A DNA stretch of 64,000 nucleotides from Coleofasciculus sp. D1-CHI-01 (GTDB lineage: Bacteria > Cyanobacteriota > Cyanobacteriia > Cyanobacteriales > Coleofasciculaceae): assembly GCA_040218875.1 (NCBI GenBank), contig JAVJQP010000092.1; one strand, 5' to 3'. The notes below the pieces were generated by a model. It was given only the letters and a program-made list of their open reading frames with translations. It made no database searches and was not told the DNA's origin. Below are positions 22,001-30,401 of the stretch, piece after piece (the first letter of the stretch is position 1; each line of letters opens with the position of its first letter). The position numbers were made by a program, and so were the translations under genes.

Positions 22001-22660
22001 ATGATTAATGTAATCGTCAAACCCAATACCATCGAGTTGCCAGCCGGAGCAGTGGTGAGAGTTCCTGGAACCTGGCAGGATTATCAAGTATTGCTGGAAC
22101 ATTTAGGCGAAGCTGCTTCGCAGCCGCTACGCTAACGCACTTCCCCTCGTGTCAAGTACCGCCATGGAGAACTACTACTAATGGTTCCTTTGCCTGAACA
22201 GGGTAAGCAACTGGACATTATCGTGGAAATGGTCAAGGTGTTGCTACGCCATCAGGGACTCAGGTTCGACTCTTACCACGAAACCACCATGGATTTACCC
22301 AATCATAGTGGTGTTATCCCGGATCATTTTTTCTATATTGGTGAGTTACCTGTGGTGGGAAAACGTCGGATTGATTGGAGTAGTGATCCGCCACCGGATT
22401 TGGCAATTGAGTGCGATGTTACCTCATTCACCAGTGTTAATGATTATTTGCCTTATCGAGTTAGGGAACTTTGGATTATTCGCCAACAAAAGATTAAAAT
22501 CTATCAGTTCCAGGATGGGCGGTATAGTTTGGTTGAACAGAGTCAGTTTTTCGGTGGATTTGACCTGAATGCTATCTTGACTGAGTGCATCAAAGACGCT
22601 TATGAACTTGGATCTGGCGCGATTGATAAATTGAGCGATCGCTATCCTCGCCAACGCTGA
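22001..22660 (+). pseudogene. Uma2-family (DUF820, PD-(D/E)xK) endonuclease interrupted by one in-frame TAA
   Basis: The ATG at 22001 and the ORF at 22181 share one reading frame, and the only stop between them is the TAA at 22133-22135. It sits in a ~30-nt segment containing a gctgc-ttc-gcagc mini-hairpin. The upstream part reads WQDYQVLLEHLGE. The downstream part reads KYRHGELLLMVPLPEQG ... PPDLAIECDVTS, typical of Uma2. Confidence 0.55.
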
Positions 22661-22721
22661 TAGAGAAGGTGTAGAGACCGAACATGGACGGTCTGGAGGA
22701 CGTTTTCATCTTCTCTGTGTG

Positions 22722-22954
22722 CCCACGTGCCACCCGTACTATGGTTTCCCGCAACCCCGCATCGGCTAACTCAGCGTTATCCTGCACAATCTAATCTGTC
22801 CTTCCTCACCATTGGGACAGGTTAATAGGGTATTCATCAGGGTTAGATAGGCTTGTTGGCGTGCGTCATCCATGGGGCAATCAGAAGGCAGGGGAATGGT
22901 TAGGGTTTGAGTATTTCTTTTTTGAATAAGTTTGACGTGATATTCCGTGGACAT
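22722..22954 (-). pseudogene. frameshifted N-terminal fragment of a TPR/CHAT-type cyanobacterial protein
   Basis: AYLTLMNTLLTCPNGEEGQI (frame 1) continues as LQDNAELADAGLRETIVRVA in another frame after a 2-nt shift near 22790. This leader is common at N-termini of cyanobacterial TPR/CHAT proteins. Nothing follows it. Confidence 0.4.
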
Positions 22955-23149
22955 AGTAATTCTTATCGGGTATTGCCAACCCGCGTTAGTTCTCCTATAG
23001 GGGCGACCCGCTTGCACCAATTAACAACGGTGTTTATCTAATTTACTCGGGTCGCCCTTAATTCAAGCCTTGATGGAAAAACTACGAGCTAAGGGTATTG
23101 ATCCAGAACAATTGTAAGTGTGATTGGGATTGATACGGAGTGGCATTCA

Positions 23150-23444
23150 AACTGAAGTTCCCCCAACCAAAAAATCAAAACTGCCTCACCGTGCGGCTTT
23201 CCGCGATTTTTTAGCCGCCGCACATGGGTACAATCGCTGAAACCTTGATGTAGCGTGGGTTTCAACCGATCTCTTGTCATATTGCCAAAATACCGCGTTG
23301 GCGGAGCCTGTTCCAAAGGAACGTATCGCGGTATTTTGGCAAGGGCTACATGGGTACAATTTTTGAGGGGGTTGAGCGCTAAAACCACCACGGAATAAGG
23401 CTTTAGCCTGGGTGCAGTACATCTGTATGGGGGGAACTTCAGTT
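23150..23444. mobile_element. 295-bp non-coding element bounded by perfect 15-bp terminal inverted repeats (MITE-like or structured RNA)
   Basis: aactgaagttccccc (23150-23164) is the exact reverse complement of gggggaacttcagtt (23430-23444). Inside is a perfect 16-bp hairpin, ttgccaaaataccgcg (23282-23297) / cgcggtattttggcaa (23327-23342), and a 13-nt direct repeat acatgggtacaat (23222-23234 and 23348-23360). Confidence 0.45.
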
Positions 23445-23492
23445 CAAAACAGATAGGGGAAATTAACTCAAGTTAGCCAATTCAACGGCTTA

Positions 23493-24731
23493 TCACTGAG
23501 GCAACGATCCTCGCAGCGCGTTGACTAAGCGATCAAACTCACGCTCAGCACGGCGAGGATGGACAAGATCTAATGTAGTCAGCATACTCAGCCGCGTGGG
23601 TAACTGATTTTGCTCGATTGGCGAGATTTTAACAGGTAGTAGGCGGTATGTACCTTCCTGAATACCCATTGTTTGCGCCAGGATGTTCTCAAACTCTGCC
23701 ATGTTATCTGTCAGATAGGCTTCCGAGAGTACGATAATAGTACGTTTGGACTGAGTAATGCCGCGCTCTATATTAACTACACGGGCTACGCCAGGGGTTT
23801 CAACATCGCCAGAAACAGCGAGGCGCAAATCGACTTTTTCTAATCGCGGTAGTAGTGTGTCCCACACCCAGGTAGTATCAGGCTCTTGATCTACATAACT
23901 GATGTAGGCATCATATCGAAAATTCTCTTCCACTATGGGGACAATACCTTTTTGACCACCTAAATAAAGAGCAATTGGGATATTCTCTTCTAGTTCTGCC
24001 TTGAAAATGGGGTGTTGGTTGGCGTTGTCAGCAGTAACTTTGGGTTGAAGATACTCAAACAGATCAAAAATCCGGATAAGACCGTCATTGCTTGGGATAC
24101 CGCCTTGTAAACCTGCTAGTAAGTGCTGGGTAAAAAGACTGTTAGCTGCACCAGGTAACACATAGGAAAATTCTGTGTCACGGGAAGATGCTAGAATTAC
24201 TCGTCCCTGTCCTTGCTGCAATACATCATAGTAGCTTTCTGGCAAGCCAGCTTTAATGACTAGACCAAATTTTTTGGGCTGACCAATACCACCTGAGTGA
24301 CAGCAATCAAAGATCACTACAATCTTTCTGGCGGGAATAGCCCTTAAAGCTTCAGTAAGCTGAATGCCAGAAATTGCTGTTTGAGCTATTGATGCCTCTG
24401 ATGTTGGGTCTGTCTCAACAGGTAACAGGTACTCACCAGTATGGGAACCACACTCAATTCGTCCACCGTGGCTAGAAATGTACAAGAATACTGTGGAGTC
24501 CTGATTACTAGTTTGAGTAAGGTGAGCCAGTGCTTGGCTAATAGCTGCTTTAGTAGCCTGCTCATCTAGCAGTAATTGTACGTTGTCTGGAGAGTACCCG
24601 CAGTGTAGGGGGTCAATAAGCAAGTTGTAGATATCCCGCGCATCCTTTAAGACAGTTGATGGGAGTTGTGTAAGGTTTTGGTAGTTGGCAATACCGACCA
24701 CTAGTGCGTATGCATTTTCCATTCCCGACAT
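23493..24731 (-). CDS. caspase-like (peptidase C14) - TIR domain fusion protein
   Basis: 412 aa. The caspase/metacaspase dyad contexts FLYISSHGG (His) and VIFDCCHSGG (Cys) are present. The C-terminal TIR-like module reads YDAYISY ... RTIIVLSEAYLTDNMAEFEN ... YRLLPVKI. An aggag SD lies 8 nt before the ATG. Confidence 0.75.
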   Translation of the reverse strand: MSGMENAYALVVGIANYQNLTQLPSTVLKDARDIYNLLIDPLHCGYSPDNVQLLLDEQATKAAISQALAHLTQTSNQDSTVFLYISSHGGRIECGSHTGEYLLPVETDPTSEASIAQTAISGIQLTEALRAIPARKIVVIFDCCHSGGIGQPKKFGLVIKAGLPESYYDVLQQGQGRVILASSRDTEFSYVLPGAANSLFTQHLLAGLQGGIPSNDGLIRIFDLFEYLQPKVTADNANQHPIFKAELEENIPIALYLGGQKGIVPIVEENFRYDAYISYVDQEPDTTWVWDTLLPRLEKVDLRLAVSGDVETPGVARVVNIERGITQSKRTIIVLSEAYLTDNMAEFENILAQTMGIQEGTYRLLPVKISPIEQNQLPTRLSMLTTLDLVHPRRAEREFDRLVNALRGSLPQ

Positions 24732-24859
24732 GAAGGGTCTCCTATTTAGCTAGACATGACCGATGGGACTGACAATAATAGATTTATAGTTAATTCATCC
24801 GCTCAATACCTAAATTGAGCTGAGGATTAGATACAGATACACCATTGCCATTGAACAGC
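24732..24859. promoter_or_regulatory. divergent promoter region shared by the two TIR genes
   Basis: A 128-bp AT-rich spacer between divergent starts. No specific boxes were assigned. Confidence 0.35.
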
Positions 24860-26206
24860 ATGATCGGTCAGAATGATTACCAGTATGATCTGTTCATTTC
24901 CTACACTACTACTGACCGCACTTGGGTTGAAAAACACCTATTACCTAAGCTGGGCTTGCCATCTAAGCGAGTTATTACTACTCAAGACTTCCGTCCTGGG
25001 GCAACGAAGGTCAATGAGTTCGAGCGTGCTGTCACCAAAAGTCACTACACTGTGTTGGTTTTCACCCCCAATTACAAAAAGGACAAGTGGTTTAAGTTAA
25101 GCGAGAATTTGGTCTCGTACTTGAGCGTAGCCGAGCAACACGATCGCCTGATTCCACTACTTTTAAAACCCTGTGATCTACCTTTACGTATCGATTACCG
25201 CGTCCACCTTGACTGTACTGACTCGAGTAATTGGGAGAGCGAACTTAGTCGCCTCCGTGCTTTGCTAGCTGAACAAGACCCGAATTTTGGAACTCAAACT
25301 CAAAGCTCGCAAACCGCGCATCTGTCGCCTATCCCCACCCTCTCAACCTTAAAGTTTGAAGTAGTAACAGTAGATGCCATGGGGAAAGTGGCTAACCGTT
25401 GCTCTAAAAAGGCACAGTACTTCATAGAAAGTTTAGGCGGTGTAGTTGAGCTAGAAATGGTTTCCATCCCAGGTGGTAAATTTACGATGGGATCACCTAA
25501 AGCAGAGGAAGCATCCCAGGAAGATGAACGTCCTCAACATCTAGTCACTGTCAAACCTTTCTTTATGGGTAAGTATCCTATTACTCAGGCGCAGTGGAGA
25601 GCGATCGCGTTCCTTGCGAAAATCAAACGCGAACTCAACCCTGACCCATCCTGTTTTAAGGGGGATAACTTACCTGTTGAACGAGTGTCCTGGTATCATG
25701 CACTAGAGTTTTGTCAGCGACTGTCGAGAGAAACGGGAAGAGAATACCGATTACCAAGTGAAGCTGAATGGGAATATGCCTGCCGCGCCAGAACATCAAC
25801 CCCATTCCATTTTGGTAAAACAGTTACAACTGATCTAGCCAACTATTGTGGACAAAACCGAGAAATTGAGGGAATTTTGGGCAAAGGAACTTATGGTAAT
25901 GAACCTTGTGGAGTTTATCACCAACGAACTACCGAGGTTGCTTGTTTTCCAGCTAACAGCTTCGGACTCTGTGACATGCATGGTAATGTCTGGGAGTGGT
26001 GTGCTGACTATGACCACCAGAACTATCAAAGCGCACCATTGGATGGTAATGCGTGGATAACTGATGGCAATTCAGAATATAGAAAATTGCGGGGTGGTTC
26101 CTGGGATTACTCTCCTCATTTCTGTCGTTGTGCATCTCGCTTTTCTGAAAATCCGAATATCCTCAACAAGGAATTTGGTTTTCGAGTTATTTTTTCTTCT
26201 GGGTAA
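24860..26206 (+). CDS. TIR domain - formylglycine-generating-enzyme (FGE/SUMF1-type) domain fusion protein
   Basis: The ATG at 24860 is preferred over the TTG at 24845. The N-terminal TIR-like module reads YDLFISYTTTD ... YTVLVFTPNYKKDKWFKLSEN ... RLIPLLLKPCDLP. The C-terminal FGE-sulfatase-type motifs are MVSIPGGKFTMGS, VERVSWYHALEFC, YRLPSEAEWEYACRA, HGNVWEWC, LRGGSW and FGFRV. Confidence 0.75.
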   Translation: MIGQNDYQYDLFISYTTTDRTWVEKHLLPKLGLPSKRVITTQDFRPGATKVNEFERAVTKSHYTVLVFTPNYKKDKWFKLSENLVSYLSVAEQHDRLIPLLLKPCDLPLRIDYRVHLDCTDSSNWESELSRLRALLAEQDPNFGTQTQSSQTAHLSPIPTLSTLKFEVVTVDAMGKVANRCSKKAQYFIESLGGVVELEMVSIPGGKFTMGSPKAEEASQEDERPQHLVTVKPFFMGKYPITQAQWRAIAFLAKIKRELNPDPSCFKGDNLPVERVSWYHALEFCQRLSRETGREYRLPSEAEWEYACRARTSTPFHFGKTVTTDLANYCGQNREIEGILGKGTYGNEPCGVYHQRTTEVACFPANSFGLCDMHGNVWEWCADYDHQNYQSAPLDGNAWITDGNSEYRKLRGGSWDYSPHFCRCASRFSENPNILNKEFGFRVIFSSG

Positions 26207-26216
26207 ATTTTTCTGA

Positions 26217-29200
26217 TTATTGAGTTCTGAGACTATAAATTCTTTCTTTTACATCTGCGATAGAGGATAAGTCTGAAATTTTTATGCTCGTCTCTCGGCG
26301 AATTTGAACCTTGGGATTTATTAGTGACCTCCTAATACACTGGCTTCTGTAAGGATGAGAAAGCCAATTCCAACTTCCGAAAACAGCAAATTTTGTGTCG
26401 CAAATCAAGATCTTTTCATTGGTTCCTTTACTTTCTATATGTATTGCTTCCCCTAATCGAATTAAATCTGAACCTGGATAATGATCAAATAATTCTTTCA
26501 GGTTTTTCTCGGCGTAAACATCATTATTATCATGTTCATTTTCCTCGCTAGTTTTGTGACCATAAACTAGTGTCACCTTCACTCCTCTTTCCAAAGCTGA
26601 AACAACATCATTAACAAAATATTTCGGTTCTTCTCCTCTAATCCAAGGCGTAACAATCACCAGTTCCTGTTCAGCTTGCTCAATTGCTTCTTTCAAAATA
26701 TTTAAATGATCACAATTATAAATCAGCACAGATCCCGGCTGTTGCTTAGGAATTTCAACCTCAGATTTATACTCTAAAATATTTCCCTGGTCTCGAATAT
26801 GTTCAACGAGTTGACGAGTATAATTTCCAGCTTTCTCTAGTCTGTAAAGATTACCCACTAGAATAAACAGTTCTTTAGCTCTCGATACGGCAACATTCAG
26901 AAGGTTGGGACGCCGATTAATCCAAGCAACGTTATCTTGCGGTCGGCACACCTTTGTTGAGAGGATAATTACCTTTTTCTCAGACCCTTGAAAAGCATGA
27001 ATCGTGCCAATAGATTTTTTATCTAAATCAGGCAAATTTCGACGCAAACCGTCCCTTAACGCATCAGCTTGAGCGCGAAACGCTGAAATCACACCAATAT
27101 CTTTTAGTGAGTAGCCTTGATTATATAAATGCTGGATTAAGTCACCTATTGCAGTAACTTCTTCCTGATTAACATTACCTTTAATATTTCCCTCAACATG
27201 ATAAGCAATCAAATTTGATTCTAGCAGTGAAGTAACGGGTGCTGTTTTAACTTCTAATCCATAGTTAGCAATTTTATTGCAATATTGAATAATGCTAGGT
27301 TGACAGCGGTAATGCTCAATCAAACAAATTCCTTTGCCCTTATCGTTGTTTTCTCCTCTTGCTCCTGCGGCGCGATGATAAGAAGTTGCACTATATTCTT
27401 CTGGACTATAACAATGGTAATCAATTTTAGTTAATCCTTTGTCAAGAAACGCTGTGTGAAAGTAGTTATCACGTCTCTGCTCACTCAAAGAGATTACAGG
27501 CTCTATTTGGAAAGGATCTCCAACAATAATAGCTTTGCGCGATCGCACTAACAGAGGAAAGGTCTGATGCAGTGGAATCATTCCGGCTTCATCTATAATT
27601 GTGCGGTCAACACATTCCTCTACCCACGGCAACATATTTCGTATTGAAAGTAATGTACTAGTAATCACTGGAAAAATTAAGCTCGAATATTTAATATTAT
27701 CATCTAAATTTTCTTCCATTTTATATTTATCTTTCCAATTTCCAGAAAGCATATTTACATACAGTTCTAAAGTAGATTTCACACGTTCTTTATAAAGGAG
27801 AGCTTGCTGATCAAGAAACAGCAGCGATAGTTTAAATAACTCTTGGTGCTTGTTATGAAAATTTTCATGAAATGAAGCGTAAAAATCTTCCAGTTCAGTT
27901 TCTAACCTCCGTTCCAAATCACTCAGTTCTGAGCCGATCTCATATCTTTCTCGCTCTCGACTGATTAGAATTTCAGAAATTTCTTGTAATTTTTCTTGTA
28001 CGCTTTTTAGCTCATCTGCTTTATCTAGTCGTTCTCTAACCAACTGCGCCTGTCTTACCAAATCACTGCGATTTTTGGGGGCTTCCACAGGAAAGGAGGT
28101 ACTAAATGTGCTTTGGATTGCGGAATGACAAGCTGACCTCGTATTAGCCAAAATATTTTGTTCTGTTTTGCCAATCAGCCACCGCCATAAACGAATCCAC
28201 CAAGGCAAATTTCCTGCGGGTAACTGTAACTCAGCCGTATCAAAGTGCAACTTAATTTGTCGATAAGCTTCTGTGGGAAATTGTTCATATTCTGCCAAGT
28301 ATTCAACTCGTATCTGAAAATTAATTTTAGCCTTTTTATCTCCATCTAATTGTTCTATAATTGCTTGGTATTTTCGTTTGAAACGAGGCATATTTTGTTC
28401 GGCGAATGATCTTTGGCAACGTAATTCTAAATGAGCCAATTCTTGCTGCCTCAGTTCATCTTTAATAGATTTTATTTGCTGTTTTATCTTAGTACTATGA
28501 TTTGCATTGAAACTAGTTTTTTGCAAGTAATCGATTGCAGCGTTTAACTTTTCGATCGCTCCTCCCGCAGATTTAATGTTAGGTGTGCTTCCTCCTTTAA
28601 GATAGAAAATACGGTTGTTCAAAGATTCATTCAGTTTCTCAATTACGTTTTCAACTGCTTTATTATTAGTGCTGCTAACAACGGTCAAATTATTAATATC
28701 CTCATCATTCTCAACCAGGCTAATTGCACGTTGTACTACCTGTTGAGCAATCAGATGAAGGATTAGAGTAGTTTTCCCAGAGCCGGGAGGACCCTGGACT
28801 GCCGTTACAGGTTCTGTTTGGGCATGTTTTATTGCTGTTAATTGCGAGTTAGTTGGTGCATGGGTTGGGAAAGCTCCCATATAGGTAATCTCATCTTGAT
28901 GATCTTGTGGTGTACCGAATAGATATTCGCGAGCTGGATGTCCTTGTTTCAACCAATATTTTGATCGTGACTTAATATCTTTTAAATCTTTCCGGAGCTT
29001 GCCAGTAAATCTGCCTCCGGTAAACTCAAACAAATATGGCTGTCCCTTAATTTGTTTACCAGAACGACGAGGTATAACAACCCGCTCCATCCACTCCTGA
29101 TAACTATCAAATGTTAGCTCAAACGTTGTTTCGAGAAAGCGTCGCAGTCCATCTTGGGTGATTAATTGCTCTTGCTGTTCATCATCCAGTTTTAGGAATG

Positions 29201-29585
29201 TGGCTAAGTTATATCCTGCTTCCGTGAGTGTCAGGTTATCTAGATTCCATCCATCTTCTCGGTACTCTCCTTTAAGTATGGATGTAATATCCAAGCTAAA
29301 CAGAGGACAAAAATAAGATGTTTTGTTTTCTACATCCAAAATTTGGGGAAACGACAAGACCCAAACAGCTTCCTGTTGATCTTTTGGTCTCTTGGCAACC
29401 TTTTGTTGCAGTTCTGAAAAGATATCTGTCTCAATTAATACATGATCACCTACTAGCTTTATACCCCGCTGTTTTACGGTATCCTGATTGGCTACTTTGA
29501 TTCTGGCGCTACTGTAATCGTCCAAAGCGATGTAGTCAAACCAGGCGTTGAGAATCGCGTCTACCTTGCTTACTTCGTTCAACAT
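26217..29585 (-). CDS. SF1 (Upf1/DNA2-like, COG1112-type) helicase with coiled-coil insertion and C-terminal PLD-like domain; Mokosh type II-like
   Basis: 1122 aa. Walker A GPPGSGKTT, motif II-like IIDEAGM, and late helicase motifs (GTIHAFQGSEKKVIILS, LNVAVSRAK). The C-terminal single HKD-type motif reads N-E-K-ILIC-D-TKFAVF-G-S-W-N (nt 26367-26420). The gene is AT-richer than the flanking genes. Confidence 0.7.
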   Translation of the reverse strand: MLNEVSKVDAILNAWFDYIALDDYSSARIKVANQDTVKQRGIKLVGDHVLIETDIFSELQQKVAKRPKDQQEAVWVLSFPQILDVENKTSYFCPLFSLDITSILKGEYREDGWNLDNLTLTEAGYNLATFLKLDDEQQEQLITQDGLRRFLETTFELTFDSYQEWMERVVIPRRSGKQIKGQPYLFEFTGGRFTGKLRKDLKDIKSRSKYWLKQGHPAREYLFGTPQDHQDEITYMGAFPTHAPTNSQLTAIKHAQTEPVTAVQGPPGSGKTTLILHLIAQQVVQRAISLVENDEDINNLTVVSSTNNKAVENVIEKLNESLNNRIFYLKGGSTPNIKSAGGAIEKLNAAIDYLQKTSFNANHSTKIKQQIKSIKDELRQQELAHLELRCQRSFAEQNMPRFKRKYQAIIEQLDGDKKAKINFQIRVEYLAEYEQFPTEAYRQIKLHFDTAELQLPAGNLPWWIRLWRWLIGKTEQNILANTRSACHSAIQSTFSTSFPVEAPKNRSDLVRQAQLVRERLDKADELKSVQEKLQEISEILISRERERYEIGSELSDLERRLETELEDFYASFHENFHNKHQELFKLSLLFLDQQALLYKERVKSTLELYVNMLSGNWKDKYKMEENLDDNIKYSSLIFPVITSTLLSIRNMLPWVEECVDRTIIDEAGMIPLHQTFPLLVRSRKAIIVGDPFQIEPVISLSEQRRDNYFHTAFLDKGLTKIDYHCYSPEEYSATSYHRAAGARGENNDKGKGICLIEHYRCQPSIIQYCNKIANYGLEVKTAPVTSLLESNLIAYHVEGNIKGNVNQEEVTAIGDLIQHLYNQGYSLKDIGVISAFRAQADALRDGLRRNLPDLDKKSIGTIHAFQGSEKKVIILSTKVCRPQDNVAWINRRPNLLNVAVSRAKELFILVGNLYRLEKAGNYTRQLVEHIRDQGNILEYKSEVEIPKQQPGSVLIYNCDHLNILKEAIEQAEQELVIVTPWIRGEEPKYFVNDVVSALERGVKVTLVYGHKTSEENEHDNNDVYAEKNLKELFDHYPGSDLIRLGEAIHIESKGTNEKILICDTKFAVFGSWNWLSHPYRSQCIRRSLINPKVQIRRETSIKISDLSSIADVKERIYSLRTQ

Positions 29586-29746
29586 CCCCTTCAGGCTACC
29601 TTGTATACCTTATTGTCCTTTCTAGCATTTTCTGGTTCCTGATTTCAATAGCCCAAGACTGGAAGGGAGTATCTCATCAAATGCTATCTAGCTTTTGACG
29701 GGTGATTTATAAAGTAAATCTTAAGATGCTATAAGTTTCGTTATTA

Positions 29747-29808
29747 GTGGGTTAGGGCGGACATGTTATTAAAGGTTATTTTCCTGATCAAGTACCCGCC
29801 TAACCCAC
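29747..29808. repeat. imperfect long-loop palindrome gtgggttagggcgg ... ccgcctaacccac
   Basis: About 13-bp arms (one bulge) around a ~35-nt loop, similar in style to 4026-4083. Confidence 0.5.
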
Positions 29809-30077
29809 GATGGCGGTGTGACACAGCTAAAATGGTGGAATAGATTTTACAGTTAAATCGGGCGCAAGGCTTTGCGCCCCTACGGTTTCTGAATGCAAGC
29901 GTTATCCATCAAAGTAAGCGTACCATGCCACTACTGGCTCGGAACCCTGGAGTCCTAGAGCTTTCTACCGGGTTCCTAGCAAAAGGGGGATAGTTAACCT
30001 AGATTGAGTATCAGGGAGCGGCATGTTAGATAAAATACCATTACCACAATCCCTAATGTAACATTCTCGAACTCAAC

Positions 30078-30401
30078 ATGACATCCTTACCACAGAAGCG
30101 CCAAGCAAGACGGGGACGGATATTCCCAGAATATACCATCCCGCCAGAAGAATTAGCCAGACGCAGAGCGAAACGCATTGAACTGGGCAAGCGTTGCCGA
30201 GTTATTTTTGAACGACTTCGCCCGGAACTGATTGAACAATACTACAATTGGTTCATTGCCATAGAACCCGATAGCGGCGACTATTTAATTGACCCAAAAC
30301 TAGACGGAGTGCTTCAAAAAGGACAAGAACGTTATGTCAATACTGATGTTAAGCTAACAATCTTTCGACTGAATGAAACCGGAACTTGCGGCACGATATG
30401 A
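30078..30401 (+). CDS. small hypothetical protein, upstream partner of a retropepsin-like protease
   Basis: 107 aa with a basic N-terminus. Its stop overlaps the next start in an ATGA arrangement (30398-30401). Confidence 0.5.
   Translation: MTSLPQKRQARRGRIFPEYTIPPEELARRRAKRIELGKRCRVIFERLRPELIEQYYNWFIAIEPDSGDYLIDPKLDGVLQKGQERYVNTDVKLTIFRLNETGTCGTI

Noticed and set aside
22181-22660. Treating the 159-aa ORF as an intact stand-alone Uma2 gene.
   Set aside because: The upstream 44 codons, in the same frame, encode the expected Uma2 N-terminus and are cut off only by one TAA. The locus is therefore reported as a disrupted gene, although expression of the shorter product cannot be excluded.
23089-23422. 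Two overlapping minus-strand ORFs (100 aa and 78 aa) inside the TIR-bounded 295-bp element.
   Set aside because: They overlap each other in different frames, span hairpin arms and inverted repeats, and have no recognisable domains or start context. The region is better explained as non-coding.
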